Counted from the whole stretch's first letter, positions 28,324-41,522 are shown. The stretch: 63,505 bases of DNA, filler included, from Folioceros fuciformis (GCA_049999805.1; 7 parts of 7 records of this genome joined end to end with filler, not necessarily neighbours in it); one strand, 5' to 3'. A program made the numbers and translations. Notes: generated by a model from the letters alone, not told the origin.

Positions 28324-29407
28324 CAGCCAATACATGACCTTCCGAGATCCTTGACTCCAATCCTTCAGCGCCTTAATCTGCTCCGCTGTTGCATTCCGTT
28401 CAAGTACTACAGGGGGTTTTTCATGCTCCCCCTCAATGTAGTCCCAATAACCCTTTCCCATAAGAAAGTTTGTAAAACGAAACTTCCAGGCATGGAAGTT
28501 GTTTTTGTCCAGCTTCTCTTGTACGATCTGGTTAATACTGTCACTGGCCATTCTTGCCACCACTCAAGGTTGACACTCAATCCTTTCTTGAGTACTCACA
28601 CCTGATAAATGTCTGAAAGAACCAGACTGCTTCTGATTGGAGTTTTACTCACAAGACCTTAAGTCTCTTCTTCCTAAGAGCAATATGGTGCGGAATCACG
28701 CTGCCCTGCGTGAACCAGATTGTCTCAAGCTCCGTGTCCTTACAGACTCTTGACTGTCTGCCCACAAAGCTCCCGTGAGATTTCCTGTCAATTCCTTCCC
28801 TGCTGCCAAGCTAGGGTTAGCACGCTTTCTTGCTGCTGCTGAGGCTATTGCAGCTGTTGCCTCCACTTGTCAGCCCTTCCACAGAGCTCTGGGGATCAAC
28901 AGCTAGTCCAGTAAGCTGACAGGGCCTTGTCGCCCTTCTCCTCACTTCCTGCACACACCGATATGAGAGTTAGCTGCCGGGACGCTTGCTGCCGATCTCC
29001 CTCCAAGCTGCTCCAACTTCTCGTAGCTGCTCTAGCTTCTAGTGTGCACTCTTGCTGCCTCTTGCAGCACCTCCTACGCCGATCTTGCACCGCCTGCACC
29101 GGGCTCTGATACCATGTCAATAGGATCGACTCCAATCTACGTGCAAGTGTAGGAGAGGAGAGGAGAGAAGAGAGGGTGGTATTGGTGATCACAACCATGA
29201 AAACAATACACATCACCACTGTCTTACTATGGAGGTCCGAGGTCTCCATTTAAGTAGTACATTTAGGGCTACACAACTTCCAGGTTCAATATGGGATAAT
29301 CTACACTATCCTAAGTTCATTAATAACTAGAACTAGTCTAGTATGAACCCAACTGGGATAACTAACACCACATGAGTTTAGCTCATATAGAGCTCGATAA
29401 CTCAACA
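28324..29407 (-). mobile_element. 5' end of a Ty1/Copia element: LTR, PBS, leader and gag start
   Basis: LTR 29115-29407 (TGTTGAG..TTGACA on the minus strand), PBS TGGTATCAGAGC at 29103-29114, gag MASDSINQIVQEKLDKNNFHAWKFRFTNFLMGKGYWDYIEG running into the gap. Confidence 0.9.
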
Positions 29408-30015
29408 ATACGCACAAGAGAATTGCTACCTTGCTTTACTCCTGTGTGTGTGCAGGCAAGACAACTATAATCCTGCCATTTTCACCTCCGCCTTAGGACT
29501 TCTCCAAAACGGAGCATACATAAAGACCAAGTTACCCTCTGGATCACAATCAGCAGCATCAAGAATCATCTCAAGGCCTGGACACGGCAACAGCTTGCGG
29601 AAATCCTCCTCATCCGAAGTGGGAGGATTTAGAACCGAACACCTCTCGGCAAATCTTTTCTGCTCCCAGGCAGCAACGCCGACCAGTTCCAACAGCGGGA
29701 GCAATGGAACAAAGCTGCCATCCAAGTGAGAAATGCCGCCAACACTCAGCATAGCTGCAATCTGTTCTGCAGGCGGAAAGTATGCGAAAGACTGAGGACG
29801 GCCGGAGGTTGCGGCGTAAACAAGTTCACGACGGTGGGAATGCGGAATAAGTGGGGGTAACGAAATAAGGTTGCCCTAATATATCCCGCTTCCCGGCACT
29901 AAGCGTAGTCCTTAGTTAAATATACATATAGAATACGAACAGGCACGAACTGTGCCCTAAAGAACGATTACCCATCAACCGTCGTATAGGTTCACGGGAC
30001 ACGGCCATAAAGGCC

Positions 30016-31612
30016 TCACACACTCACACATGTATTAGGGTTCATTAGTTTAGTTAAGTTAAGAGCCAAGGGGACCAAGGAGGAATCCAGGCCACTGATA
30101 AGAAGTGCTATAGCTATACCATTAAGGTTGTCCCACTTCTCAATGTCTATGGCCGAAGGAGCTGGGTTAGTTGTTGGGTCTGGTTTGGGGAGAGTCTTAT
30201 CCACAACCTTCCAGACACCTCTACCAATGAGGGTGGACTTCATGCAAACACGCCAGATAGGGTACTGTAAGCCATTGAATCGGTCTTTCTCTTTTATATG
30301 GTCTGTGAAGACGGGACCTGAAGAGGATGTGGTGTGTGCACTGCTGGTAGCCATAACTACTGCGTTGTTAAGTGACAGGGAGTTAAATTGGCCTACAAGT
30401 TGATTTATAGACATGTAGGTCTATCATGAAGAGTTATATCTAACATCATGTGTGCAGGGGGGAAGGGCACACTCAATGAAGCACAAGTAGGAGGACATGC
30501 AGAGGCATGTGAGCCTGCTTGTGCCACGCTTAGTGGTTCTTCCTCCCTCATTCAGATATGTTAGATAATAAAGCCAAGACGTGGTCAGGAAAAAGGCAAC
30601 ATTAGGGTTAGTAGTCCTTTATTTCTTGACCTGCTCTCACAAAGTTGGCGGTTGGCTCCTCATGTTCAACAGGTACAGGTGTGCCTCTTCACAGCTTGTG
30701 TGGAAGGAGAGGAACAAAGGTCGGTTGCCGTTCCTCCTGCAAGGGTCACAAGGCAACCACGTGGCAGCACAATGTGTGACGCTTCCAAGGGAATGCGCTG
30801 CTTGGAGTCTCTTGCCTCCCTCAATGCGGCGGAGTCAGAGGATTGGATGCTGACGACTACCGCACTTGGAAGATTGGGGCAGTCTGTCCTGAATTGATTG
30901 TGATCCAAGACTGGTTGTGAAATCTGCTATATTCCGTAGGTGAGCCTTTATCACTACATCCCTATAGTGAACAACCCTGAGGAAATGCTGATATTGTTCC
31001 TCAATTCTCAGCCCAATGTGCCACTGATTATTAAGAATCTAATCAAGTTGGGCTTGTAATTGTGCAGAAGAGGAGGGAAAAGCCTCAGGCCGCGGTCTGA
31101 AGAAGTAGTCCTCTGAATTCTGTCCTCTCCTTTCACAAAGTTCTCTGTAGAGACGATCCACTTGTTGATTGCTCTGTAGAGAATGGGCTAATCCAGGCTG
31201 TGAACTGCGTTGTGCCACAAATCGTTGTAGCCAGATGGCAGGGTAGTTTTGCTCGTAGAGGTCCAGCAGAGTGTCTATCGGCACAACTGCCGTTTGTCGT
31301 GGCAAGGGGCCTCCACGAAATTGTTGTGTCAGAGGTCCGGCCCGACATTGCTGCTTAGGCAATCCACCCTGCCTCGGCATTCTTCAAGGATTTTAGTGAA
31401 TTGCAGAGCATGGGTCTGATACCATGTGCATTTCTAGAGGAATAGAGAAGACTCACATGGGATAGCAAAAGTATAATAATAAAAAAGTACGAATAATAAA
31501 ACATATGGTCAAAAGTTTTCTAGATAACTAGTCACCTAAGAGTCATACCCCTTGGGCTATCTTGGCCTAATATAACTAAACCCAAGCGAGTGGGGATTAC
31601 ATATACTTAACA
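30016..31612 (-). mobile_element. Truncated Ty1/Copia element: putative LTR, PBS, leader ORF and gag N-terminus
   Basis: PBS TGGTATCAGA at 31415-31424 abuts a putative LTR at 31425-31612 (TGTTAAG..GCACA on minus). The gag HIKEKDRFNGLQYPIWRVCMKSTLIGRGVWKVVD..NGIAIALLISGLDSSLVP breaks off near 30070. Confidence 0.8.
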
Positions 31613-34600
31613 CTGACCCTAGGGCCTTGTTTTTATGACAAAGGAGCTGGCTGTCAAGCAATCCTAGCCGGCTACACGCAACTTTACTACAGTATCTTGG
31701 ACTAGGGAGATAGCCGGGGAAATTCGGAACAAGGGAATTGCTTGGAACGTCCATCGATGGTGATAGCGCTAGTGGCGGCTCCGGGTCACTGTGGTAGAGT
31801 GAGCTATCAAGGCAGCATCTCGGAAGATCAGGTGGCAAGATTTTCCAAGACTTACCTGGGATTCGTCAATCGAAATGAGAGTGGTGGAGCGGTGGAGCGG
31901 ACTTCCCGCTCAAGAATCTACTCCTCATTGAAAACTCGGCACGCGCCGAGACTCTATAATTAGTGTGCTAGGTGTGGTGTGAATTTTAGATAACAATTAG
32001 CATCTTGCATGGTGCTGTAGGTGTCAATAGGTAGCGGTGGCCTCCATCCATAAAACATGCCTAGCTCTAGTTAGACATAACCACTTCTCCCAGCTCTTGG
32101 TCGCAGAGGGGACCTCCCTCTCAAGGGGAGCGGAGGAACCCCTGTTGGTTGGCATACGTGTCACCATCTCGGAGGAGGTGGTCAAGAGGGGGATGTGGTC
32201 CGGTTTTCTAGAAGTTGGCCTAGTGCTTTGCAAGTTCTCACCCCTAAAGCCTCGGGAAGGAGTCCCTGGAGGTACCGGCTAACCAACACTGGTGGCCTCA
32301 ACATCGCTAGCAGGAGAAAAGAACTAGTCCATTGGTCATTCATGGCCAACATAGGAGCTAGAGGAGCGTGTGGTGGATGGAGACACTTCTCTCCTTCATC
32401 GTCCGGTGGTTTCTAGCCACCTACTTCAATAAATGTGAGTATTGAGTGTGACTTATAGTTGGTATTTTGAGTTGAGTGGTAGGTAAGTAGATAGCCGCTT
32501 CTAGCATGACACTGGACTCAAGGGGACGGACTCTGGGAATGATTCTACAACGACCAGGGGTGATGTAGCCACGATCGTGGGATTGATAGCCCCACATGGT
32601 ACTTGCGTGGACCCTTAGTTCTCCCTCTCACCCTGTCTCCTCCCTTCCACCTCCTTCTCCACCTTCATTTCTACTCCCATCCTCACCCCCTTCTCCTCCT
32701 CCATTGCTTTCACTTCTGCCGCATTTCCTCTCCTTCCCTCACCCCTTCTCCTTCAGTTTCCGCCCTAAGTACCAAGTGTACAAAACCTCGGCACTATAAT
32801 GACTCCAAAAGCAACATCTAGTCGCTGACTTGTAAGAGTACCAAAAGCAAAAGACACACCTTCTCACGCAGCAAGTTTGTGGAGCGCAAGTCTTCCAACA
32901 ATCAATGTTTCTCCACTTCCTTTGCGCGCAACTCCTGCACAATTGCAGAAAGCTTGGTTCTCTCCACCACCCGTAGTGCAAGTTCTTCCTTTATCTCCTC
33001 CACCTCCTTCTCAACTTGCGCGTGAAAACTGGCGAAGTTCCTCATTTGTGAACTTGTGGGTCTCTGTGAGATTCCACTTGGACCTTGGCAAAGCTTGTTC
33101 ACTACTAGCCAGAGCCTCTTCTACCTTAGCACCACTTGCTCCTTAAGCCTCCTCCTCTTCTTCTCTCGCTTTTCTTTCCTGCTTTGTTTCAACACCCTCT
33201 TTAGGCTCCTCTTGAATTGATGGTTTTATAACTGTCACTGACGTGCTCACAGGCTCCTCACTAGCCTTGCTCTCTTCTTTTGAGGAGGAACTATACTCAA
33301 GCGACCGCTTGCTCCCAAACCTTGAAACAAGTGTCACACCCTCACACACTAGGCTGCCCAAATATTCTAACTACTCCACTGCTAGCTCACCCATTGGTGC
33401 TCCTTCCTCCTCTACCTCCTTTGCCGTTGAAGGTGCACCCACACTCACTTCCTTTCTTGCTGATTTTGATTGCTCCTCTCACTCTGCCTTCTAAAAATGT
33501 ACTCGTGCCCGTGCCTACTCCCTTTCTTGTTGGTTTTGGCTCCTCCTCAAGCTCCTCTACTAGGAGCGCATTTGCACCTGCACTTGCTTCCCTTCCTATC
33601 AATTTTGATTGCTCCTTCGACTCCCCTGCTAAAAATGCACTCGCACCTATGCCTGCGCTTGCTCCCTGTCTTGTTGGTTTGGGCTCCCCCTTAAGCTCCT
33701 CTATTGGGAGCACACTCACGCTGCTGCGTCTACTTCCCTTCTGGCCAATTTTGACTCCTTCCTAACCTCCTTTGTTGGAAACACGCTCATGCTTGCTTCC
33801 ACTCCCTTTCCTACTTCATCCTCTGCCCTTTCTTGATCTTGTCCTTTGGTTAGAAGCACACTTGCCACCTCTCCCTTGCACGGCTTGCCCGGGCTCGCTC
33901 CCTCATGTACTTGCAGAGCCGCTCCTCTCGGCCCTTATCCTCTAAGCGGTTCTTTTCTCAACCTAACCTTCGTCTTCCCCTTCTCCACCCCTCTAATCAC
34001 ATGCACATCCACCCCCTCCTTGTAGCTTTCTTAGCATGAACTGCCTCCTACTCCCAAACCATGCAAGTGACCAAGCCCCGAAGGTGGAGGAAGAATGGGC
34101 ATCACACAAATGTTCTTCAATCGCTCCAAGTTCTAGTTGTTGATCTCCTTGAGTTGTTCCAACTCAGTGGCTTGCTCCTAGTGTTGCTTTAAAAGCTAGG
34201 CCTTGGTAAGCCTGCGCATTGATGGAACCTTGGAGCTGTCTTTGACACGCCTACCGGTTTGAGTAGTAGAAGACCCCACAAAACCTACCTTCTCCTTCCT
34301 TTTGCCTGCCACAGCCCTACCCTTCACCTTGCTTGTTTCCTTCAAAGTTCTCCCAATTTATGCCTTTGTTACTTCCCTACTTGCTCCCTTATGGTTCCCC
34401 ATTGGTCCAAAAACCATGACTGAAGTCCTCTTCTTGATTAAAAATTTCCAAGAAATCAAAGTACTACACCATTGTTAAATCTCTCTTCTTCCACCATTCT
34501 CAACTTTTAGGACACAATTGACACCTCCAAAAAAACCCTCGTAAACAACAAACCTTAAACTAAACCCTTGTTCGTTTCCTTGCCCATGCAAGCTCTACTC

Positions 34601-36001
34601 CACCCACAATCTTTCCAATCAAAAGATTGTTTTTTTCAAAAGCTTTAATGCATCATAACTTTCAAATTAAAACCAAAATTAACCACAAAATCCCTCAACC
34701 AACTCCTAGTTACTTTGGATAGTCCTTGAAAACTTTGTATCTAAACATACAACACTCATTCCTAAGTTCGTCAAGTGCTTCACTTACATTGACCCCTTCG
34801 CTACCCATCTATGACAAGTTAGCACATCTAGCCATTTACTCCCCCAAACTTCAATCAATGAACCTCCAATCAATGAACCTTCCCTTGAATCCTCAAGAAC
34901 AAACGAGGCATTCTTTTAATAGTGACAAATTTTGTGATATCAGTCCGACTTCACTTTGTACCACATCATTGCAATCTTTTCACACATGTGTCAATGCAAA
35001 TTTGTGACACAAAGGCTTTGATTCAATTGTTTAGTTCGCTAAGGCTTCTCACGCAGTCACGGTTGGCAAGAAATCTTGAACGTCTAATAGCTTACAAAGT
35101 TGTCTTCGCGAACTATCAAAAGAATGCCCAACTACCTCTTACGAACCCTCATACAGTTGTCAACAATCCATTTGCAATTACTACCTAGGCGAGCATTCTG
35201 AATGAATACTAACTGTTCATAAAGTTAACTTCCAAAATAACTGTCTATCAAAAAATCGTCTTTCTATTATAACTTTTCATTTGCTCGTTGTGCACTTAGA
35301 TTTAACATAGTGACTTTATTCTCCATGCTCATTCTCCACTGTTTGTTGACTTCTATGAGCTCCATTTGCGCAACAAGTTCAAACAAGCACAACCTTCCAT
35401 AGATTTTCCAACTCATGACAACCCGTATCTCTCTTTCAAGCTTTACATACTTATGCGATAATTTTATTGAATAAAATTATCACATAAAATTATCTGATAA
35501 GCTGGAATAGAATAGACAATAAGATAGTATGATGTAATCAAATAATCATTAATATTCAACATAGATTTTTTATTTTTATAATATTTATTAAATAATATTA
35601 TTAAATTAATTCAGGTTAAATTTAACTTTATTATCATATTTTAATCTCACGATGAAAATCCTTCCTCAATCGACTTTAATAAAATTCTTGTTCTTTTCGG
35701 TTTAACCATACCATACCACACAAGCTAATGCCGTCGATAGGAGACGACGGGTAAACAATACGAATATATAAAGCAAGAAGGTGAAAGTAGTATGTCTTTT
35801 CTGGCCCCTGTTAATTGGACAATGCGCAGGGTTGCGCAGTAGACTACCGTGATTCGGAGGCGCAGGTCAAGATGGGCATGCTGCGCGTGCCCTACACTTA
35901 GCTCGTTTTTCGCCAGTGAACGAGGTGGGTGGAAGCTGGGCTTGGGGCGGGCTGTCAAGCATGCCATATCAACCAGGTCCAGCCTCCTGTCAGAGAATGT
36001 G

Positions 36002-38986
36002 ATGGGCAACAGTGCGTCGCGTGTGGTGGGGTGCTTCGGTTCTCAAGCATATGATGACGGAGAAGGCCCGGGGGTCGCATCCTCCGGGACGTTGGATGAA
36101 GGCTTGGGTCACTCTTTCTGCTACATTCGGCCTGCGTTGGACTCGCCTTCACTTTCGCCGTCCCACTCGCTTCAACCTGCGGAGCTTGTGGACAAAATTG
36201 GTGTGGAATCCGAGCTGACGGAGTATGATGCCTCTCACGAGCACCACTTGGACGACTCGGCGCCGAAGAGCCGAGCTGGGCCTGACAAGTCTCGAGGGCT
36301 TTCAGACAGGCCCAGAAGTTCTTTTGAAAAACTCAAGCCAGTGTCAGAGACATCCTTCAAGTCTATCTCAGGGGCCTCTGTCAGCGCCAACACGGCAACA
36401 CCTCGCTCCATGCTATCCAATGAGCAGTTCACCACTTATTCAAGTATACATTTTGATCGCGCAGCCGATTTCAAGAGCACAGCCTCTTTCAGTGCCCTTC
36501 CTCTGCAGCCAGTGCCCAGAAGTGTGTCCATTTCAGGACCGCTCAGCTCAGGCCCTTTGTCGGGGCCACTTGACCGAGGTTTTCTCTCTGGGCCATTGGA
36601 AAGGGGATTCATGTCAGGTCCACTAGAGCGGGGTTTCCTGTCAGGTCCCCTGGAGCGAGGATACTTGTCTGGCCCATTGGAGCCAGTGGATCGCAGCCAC
36701 TTCTCAGCTCCCTTAGGAGGACGCTACTCTGGCTACATGAGAAGGAGGCGGCATTCGTTATCAAAATTCGTCAAGGCGGTAAGTAAGCCTTTCAAGAAGG
36801 TGATTGCAAAGACGTCTGCCAGGCTCGCACGCACTCAGAAGTCCTTTCTTTTCGGGGATAAGCGGCTCAGAGATGCTCAAGATTCCCCTCCGGACACGGG
36901 GTATACGTCCTCGGAACTCGAAACGAGGGCAAATGATAACCTTCAGTGGGCGCAGGGAAAGGCTGGTGAGGATCGGGTTCACGTCGTATTATCTGAGGAG
37001 CATGGGTGGCTTTTCGTCGGTATTTATGATGGTTTCAATGGTCCAGATGCGCCTGACTTCCTTATGAGCAACCTCTATCCTGCTATTTACAGGGAACTTA
37101 AGGGGCTTCTTTGGGACCAGGACGGATTTGAGCTTCAGAACAATGAGGAGCAAGAACATCGGGCAACTGGTATATGTCAAAATGGCCTGTATGGAAATGG
37201 AAGTGACATGTCAGGCAGCCAAGAAGAATGTTATGTGGCTGTTCAAGAGGCTGAGAGCGGTCTTTTGGGACTGCATGCTGTGGTGGATAATAGAGATTTG
37301 CTTAGTGCGGCTAACACTGGGTCGGAAGAACCAGGAAAAGACGGTTTGCTCCTAGATGGGAAGAAAACAGTAGATGAGCAGCCTGGGCAAAAATCCCTAC
37401 GTAGTCAACTCCTTATGCCTCTTGAATTTGAAGACAAACAATTGCTTGTTGAACAGGAAGGGACATCCAAGAAGCTCCAAGGGCAGGGAAGCTCGACTTC
37501 CTCAAGTTTGTGCCCAAAGCAAGTGCCCATGGGAATGATAACCACGCAGCATCCCGATAAGAGGAAAAGTATTCAGAAAAAATACTTGCAGTGGAGGTAT
37601 GACTGGGAACAAGACAAGCTGCGTGGAGACAGTAACCTTGCTGATGGGAAGAGGGAAAATGAGCACACCCAAACATGTACCTGGAGTAAGGGTGTGGCTG
37701 ATCATTCAGCTGTGTTGGGAGCACTTGCACGGGCTTTAGGGGCCACAGAAGATGCTTACCTGGACATGGCTGACCAAGCTTTGGAAGAAAACCCGGAACT
37801 GGCTCTTATGGGGTCCTGTGTGTTGGTTATGCTTATGAAGGACGAGGACGTGTATATTATGAATGTCGGGGACAGCCGTGCCATTTTAGCACAATACCCC
37901 AAGGTGGAACCTTTTGACCCGTTGCTAAAACCAAGCAGATACCACAATATGGCCCACTCTAACTCTAGTAAGTCTGAGGACCATGATAGGATAGGAGCAA
38001 GAGACTCTTTGTTGCGTCTGGAACTCGAGCGCATTATCGAGGAGACTCCAACTGAATTAGCTGCCCTGGAAGCTTATGACGCAGGCAAAATGGGTCCTCC
38101 TTCCTCAGGGCAGCTGTTGGGTGCCTTGCAGCTGTCTTCGGATCACAGCACCAGCATACATGAGGTTATTGAAACTTTACTACATCACATGCTTATTTGT
38201 ACAGATTCTTGCCTCAGCAGAGATGTTGAATTTTGGCGTTCTGTATTTGTGGCGCAGGAGGTGTTGAGAATCAGAGCAGAGCATCCTGATGACGATTCAT
38301 CAATTTGCAATGATCGCGTCAAGGGCAGTTTAAAAGTTACTCGTGCTTTTGGGGCAGGTTTTCTCAAGCAGGTATACCCTTCTTTACTGAGGAAGGTGCG
38401 ATTAAGTTGGACAGCTGTGGACCTTGGGCTGATGATTTGAGAATGTTGTTTGCTTTGTGGCAGCCAAAGTGGAACAGTGCTTTGCTGGAAATGTTCCGCA
38501 TTGACTTCATTGGTACCACCCCATACATCATTTGCACGCCGTTCTTACATCACCATAGGCTGGGCCCTGACGATCATTTTTTGGTGCTTTCATCTGATGG
38601 CTTGTATCAGTACATGAGCAATGAGGAAGTCATCTCCCATGTCGAATGGTTTATGGAGAAGTTTCCAGATGGCGATCCTGCCCAGCATCTTATAGAAGAG
38701 GTTCTCTTCCGGGCTGCCAAGAGTGCAGGTAAGCATCACAGATAAAAAGACAGATCAAGGACTGTAGTTCCCTGAGACTGCGTGTAGTACCTTTTTGACA
38801 TCATAGTTATATAATCTCCTCTCTGATTCAGCAAGTTGCCCCGTTTGGGTGTTTGAACTGGCTACTGTAGGCATGGATTTTCATGAATTACTGGATATTC
38901 CTCAAGGGGACCGGCGAAAGTACCATGATGATGTATCAGTGATGGTCATATCCCTTGAAGGCAGGATATGGAGATCATCAGGCTAA
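36002..38986 (+). CDS. PLL: POLTERGEIST-like (POL/PLL, clade C) protein phosphatase 2C, about 885 aa
   Basis: Exons 36002-38164, 38258-38371, 38464-38728 and 38871-38986, all GT-AG. Motifs: [12 protein letters not shown] (N-acylation type), [15 protein letters not shown] repeats, [102 protein letters not shown]. Confidence 0.96.
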
Positions 38987-40379
38987 GTTTGCTATTGGAT
39001 ATTGTGATGAAAGTATATAGGGTTGGAAAGGTCGCCACCGGGCTACTATTCTGGCATGGTTGAGGCTCGAGCTATATGTGATTATTCATTTTCCGAACTT
39101 TAATAACTGAGGTTGGTATGAAAACCTCATCAGAATAATTCATGTTCTGATAATGCATATGCTGCAGTGAAAAGTCATCCGTCTTCACCACAGGTGGCTC
39201 AACCCTCGTTTGCTATATCCGGGTGTCGCCACTCTGGTGATGCCATGCCCTTGGACACATGGTTCAGGGTCATGCTTTTTGAGGGTGTAGAACATGGGTT
39301 GACTAAGCTTGCCAACAAGTCTCAGTCCTCCCCTCTCTAGGCCAACCTCGTCGGCTACGCCTGCCATGTTCTCCCTCAGTTAAAAAACCCACGTCAAAAT
39401 ATGTGGATGATGCTTTGTGAGTTAGATTGCTTTGAGGTTGTACACAAAAAACAACTGGAAGTGATCCGCTGGGACGAACATTGCGCCTCCTGTGTGACAC
39501 GGGTTTGAGGTTCTACACTCCGCGGGGCCTTCAACCGCGTAATATAAGACCACATCCAAACCCGCTCCCTTCCCCCGAGAACGGAATTAAGAACTTCGTA
39601 TGTTGGTAAGGATAATGATAAAAATAAAAGAAAACTATATTTATACGATAATGAAATTATGAAATAAATTTGTTAGTACGAGTAAAACTAAAAAAACGAG
39701 ATAAAAAAGGTGGAAATGAAAGTTAATGGTTATCTATGGCTTACCAAAGCATAGAGAAGGGGTCCTTCAAAAAAATTTCTTTACAAAACACGCATGGCTG
39801 CTTTGGGTTTGGGAATGATTTCTTTACAAAACACGCACGCCTGCTTTGGGTTTGGGTATGAACATTTAGCTGCTAGCCACAATCGCCATTCGCCACTTCA
39901 CAAGGAAATATGGCTTAGGGTTCAAAGCTTCACCCCCATACTCTGATTGTTTCACCGCCATACTGTGATTGTTTCCCACTCTCATCTTTTAGATCTAGGG
40001 AGATCACGCTAGCTGTGCTTAGGGCTTGGTGCTAGGAGGTGGAGGTGTCGGTTTGCTTGAACTCAATTCATGCCGCTATGTTTCAGGGTTTGGGGCTAGG
40101 TGGTGGAGGCGTTAGTATGCACGAACCTCACACCTCCTTGTCCCTCCAGTTTTTAGGGTTTACGGTTCTTTTCCCTATTAGTGCTGGCCTCTTCTCTCCA
40201 TCCTTCTTCGCATGCCTCTCCCATCTTCTCCATCCCTTTTCACATACCTTTCTCCTCATCTCCATTCTCCTTCACAAACCTCCATCCTTATTGTAGTGGC
40301 CCCCCAAGCCATAGCTCCCTCCAGCTGCAACTCCCCCTAGCCCACCAAATCGTGCCTCCCCCTATCCCTAGCAGCACGT

Positions 40380-41309
40380 GTAGACTCTCATAACTCCTTT
40401 CACTACCTCCCAATGCTTCCTGCCAGGGTTTGACATAAACCTGCTAACCACTCCCACTGCAAAGGCAATATCAGGACGTGTAGCAATTATTGCATACATC
40501 AAACTCCCTACAGCTGATAAGTATGGAACCTTCTCCATTTCAGCTTTGTCCTCCGTAAAACTTGCGCAATCCTTGCTCGATAGTTTCACATATGGAGGCA
40601 ACGAAGTACTTAATACCTTCCCCTTCTCCATATTGAAACATTGAAGCACCTTGCTAATGTATTCAGTCTGAGACAAGTAAAGCAAACGCTTCTATCTGTC
40701 TCGACGAATACGCATGCCAAGAATATGGCTTGCCTCTCCCAAGTCTATCATGTCAAAGCGAGCATTCAACTTTGACTTCAACACTGAAATCTCATCATTG
40801 TTAGTCCTAGCAATTAGCATATCATCCACATACAGGACCAGAATGAGCAAGCTTCCATCCTTAGCTTGCTTCGTATAGAGGCAGTGATCCTCATCGCTAC
40901 GCTTGTAGCCTTGAGAAAGCATAAACGAGTGGGACTTGAAATACCACTCCCTAAGTGCCTGCTTCAAACCATAAAGGCTCTTCTTTAACCTGCACACCAG
41001 ACTCTCTTTGCCCTTCTCAATAAAACCCTTTGGTTGCTGCATGTATACCTCTTCCTGGAGATCACCATGCAGAAATGCCGACTTCACATCCATCGGGACA
41101 AGTTCCATGTCGTGCCTCGCAACCAGACCAAGAACACATTGCAAGGTGGTCATTTTGACAACTGGTGAGAAAATCTCATCAAAGTCAATACCTTGCTGTT
41201 GCTTAATACCCTTAGCAACCAATCACGCCTTGTACTTGGGTTTGCCATAATGGGGTATGTCCTTCATCTTATACACCCATTTGCATGGCAACGCCTTCTT
41301 GCCCCTAGG
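40380..41309 (-). mobile_element. Ty1/Copia (Tnt1-like) reverse transcriptase fragment, decayed
   Basis: KKALPCKWVYK, GIDFDEIFSPVVKMTT, MDVKSAFLHG, LKKSLYGLKQA, LVLYVDDMLI, VPYLSAVGSLMYA..TRPDIAFAVGVVSRFMSNPG. Truncated before RNase H and interrupted at 41310. Confidence 0.92.
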
Positions 41310-41522
41310 TGTTGGATTAATAACCCCGACGGTTAAATATCCCTACTTACCTTTAGGTCATATTATTTAGGGTTAATAGACTACATTTAGTATAAATACA
41401 TCTTCATTAATTGTTAATATATATCATCATTCTTCTTGCTCAACGTTTTTCGTGTGCTGGTCAACTTCGTGCCCCCTTTGTGCTGTATGCACAGAATGTC
41501 AAGCTATCTTGATGTTATACCA
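41310..41522 (+). mobile_element. Probable 5' LTR/leader start of an element inserted into the RT fragment
   Basis: The RT reading frame stops abruptly at TGTTGGATT.., a typical LTR start. A TATA-like TATAAATA follows and the sequence runs into the gap. It may belong to the element at 41623-46748. Confidence 0.6.

Noticed and set aside
35849-36001. N-terminal extension of the 863-aa ORF
   Set aside because: It starts at GTG. The family-typical MGN..C acylation start is the ATG at 36002, and the ORF's tail also reads through introns.
39776-39860. About 42-bp tandem duplication (TTTCTTTACAAAACACGCA..CTGCTTTGGGTTTGGG)
   Set aside because: A simple two-copy local duplication with no further structure; not a telomeric array.
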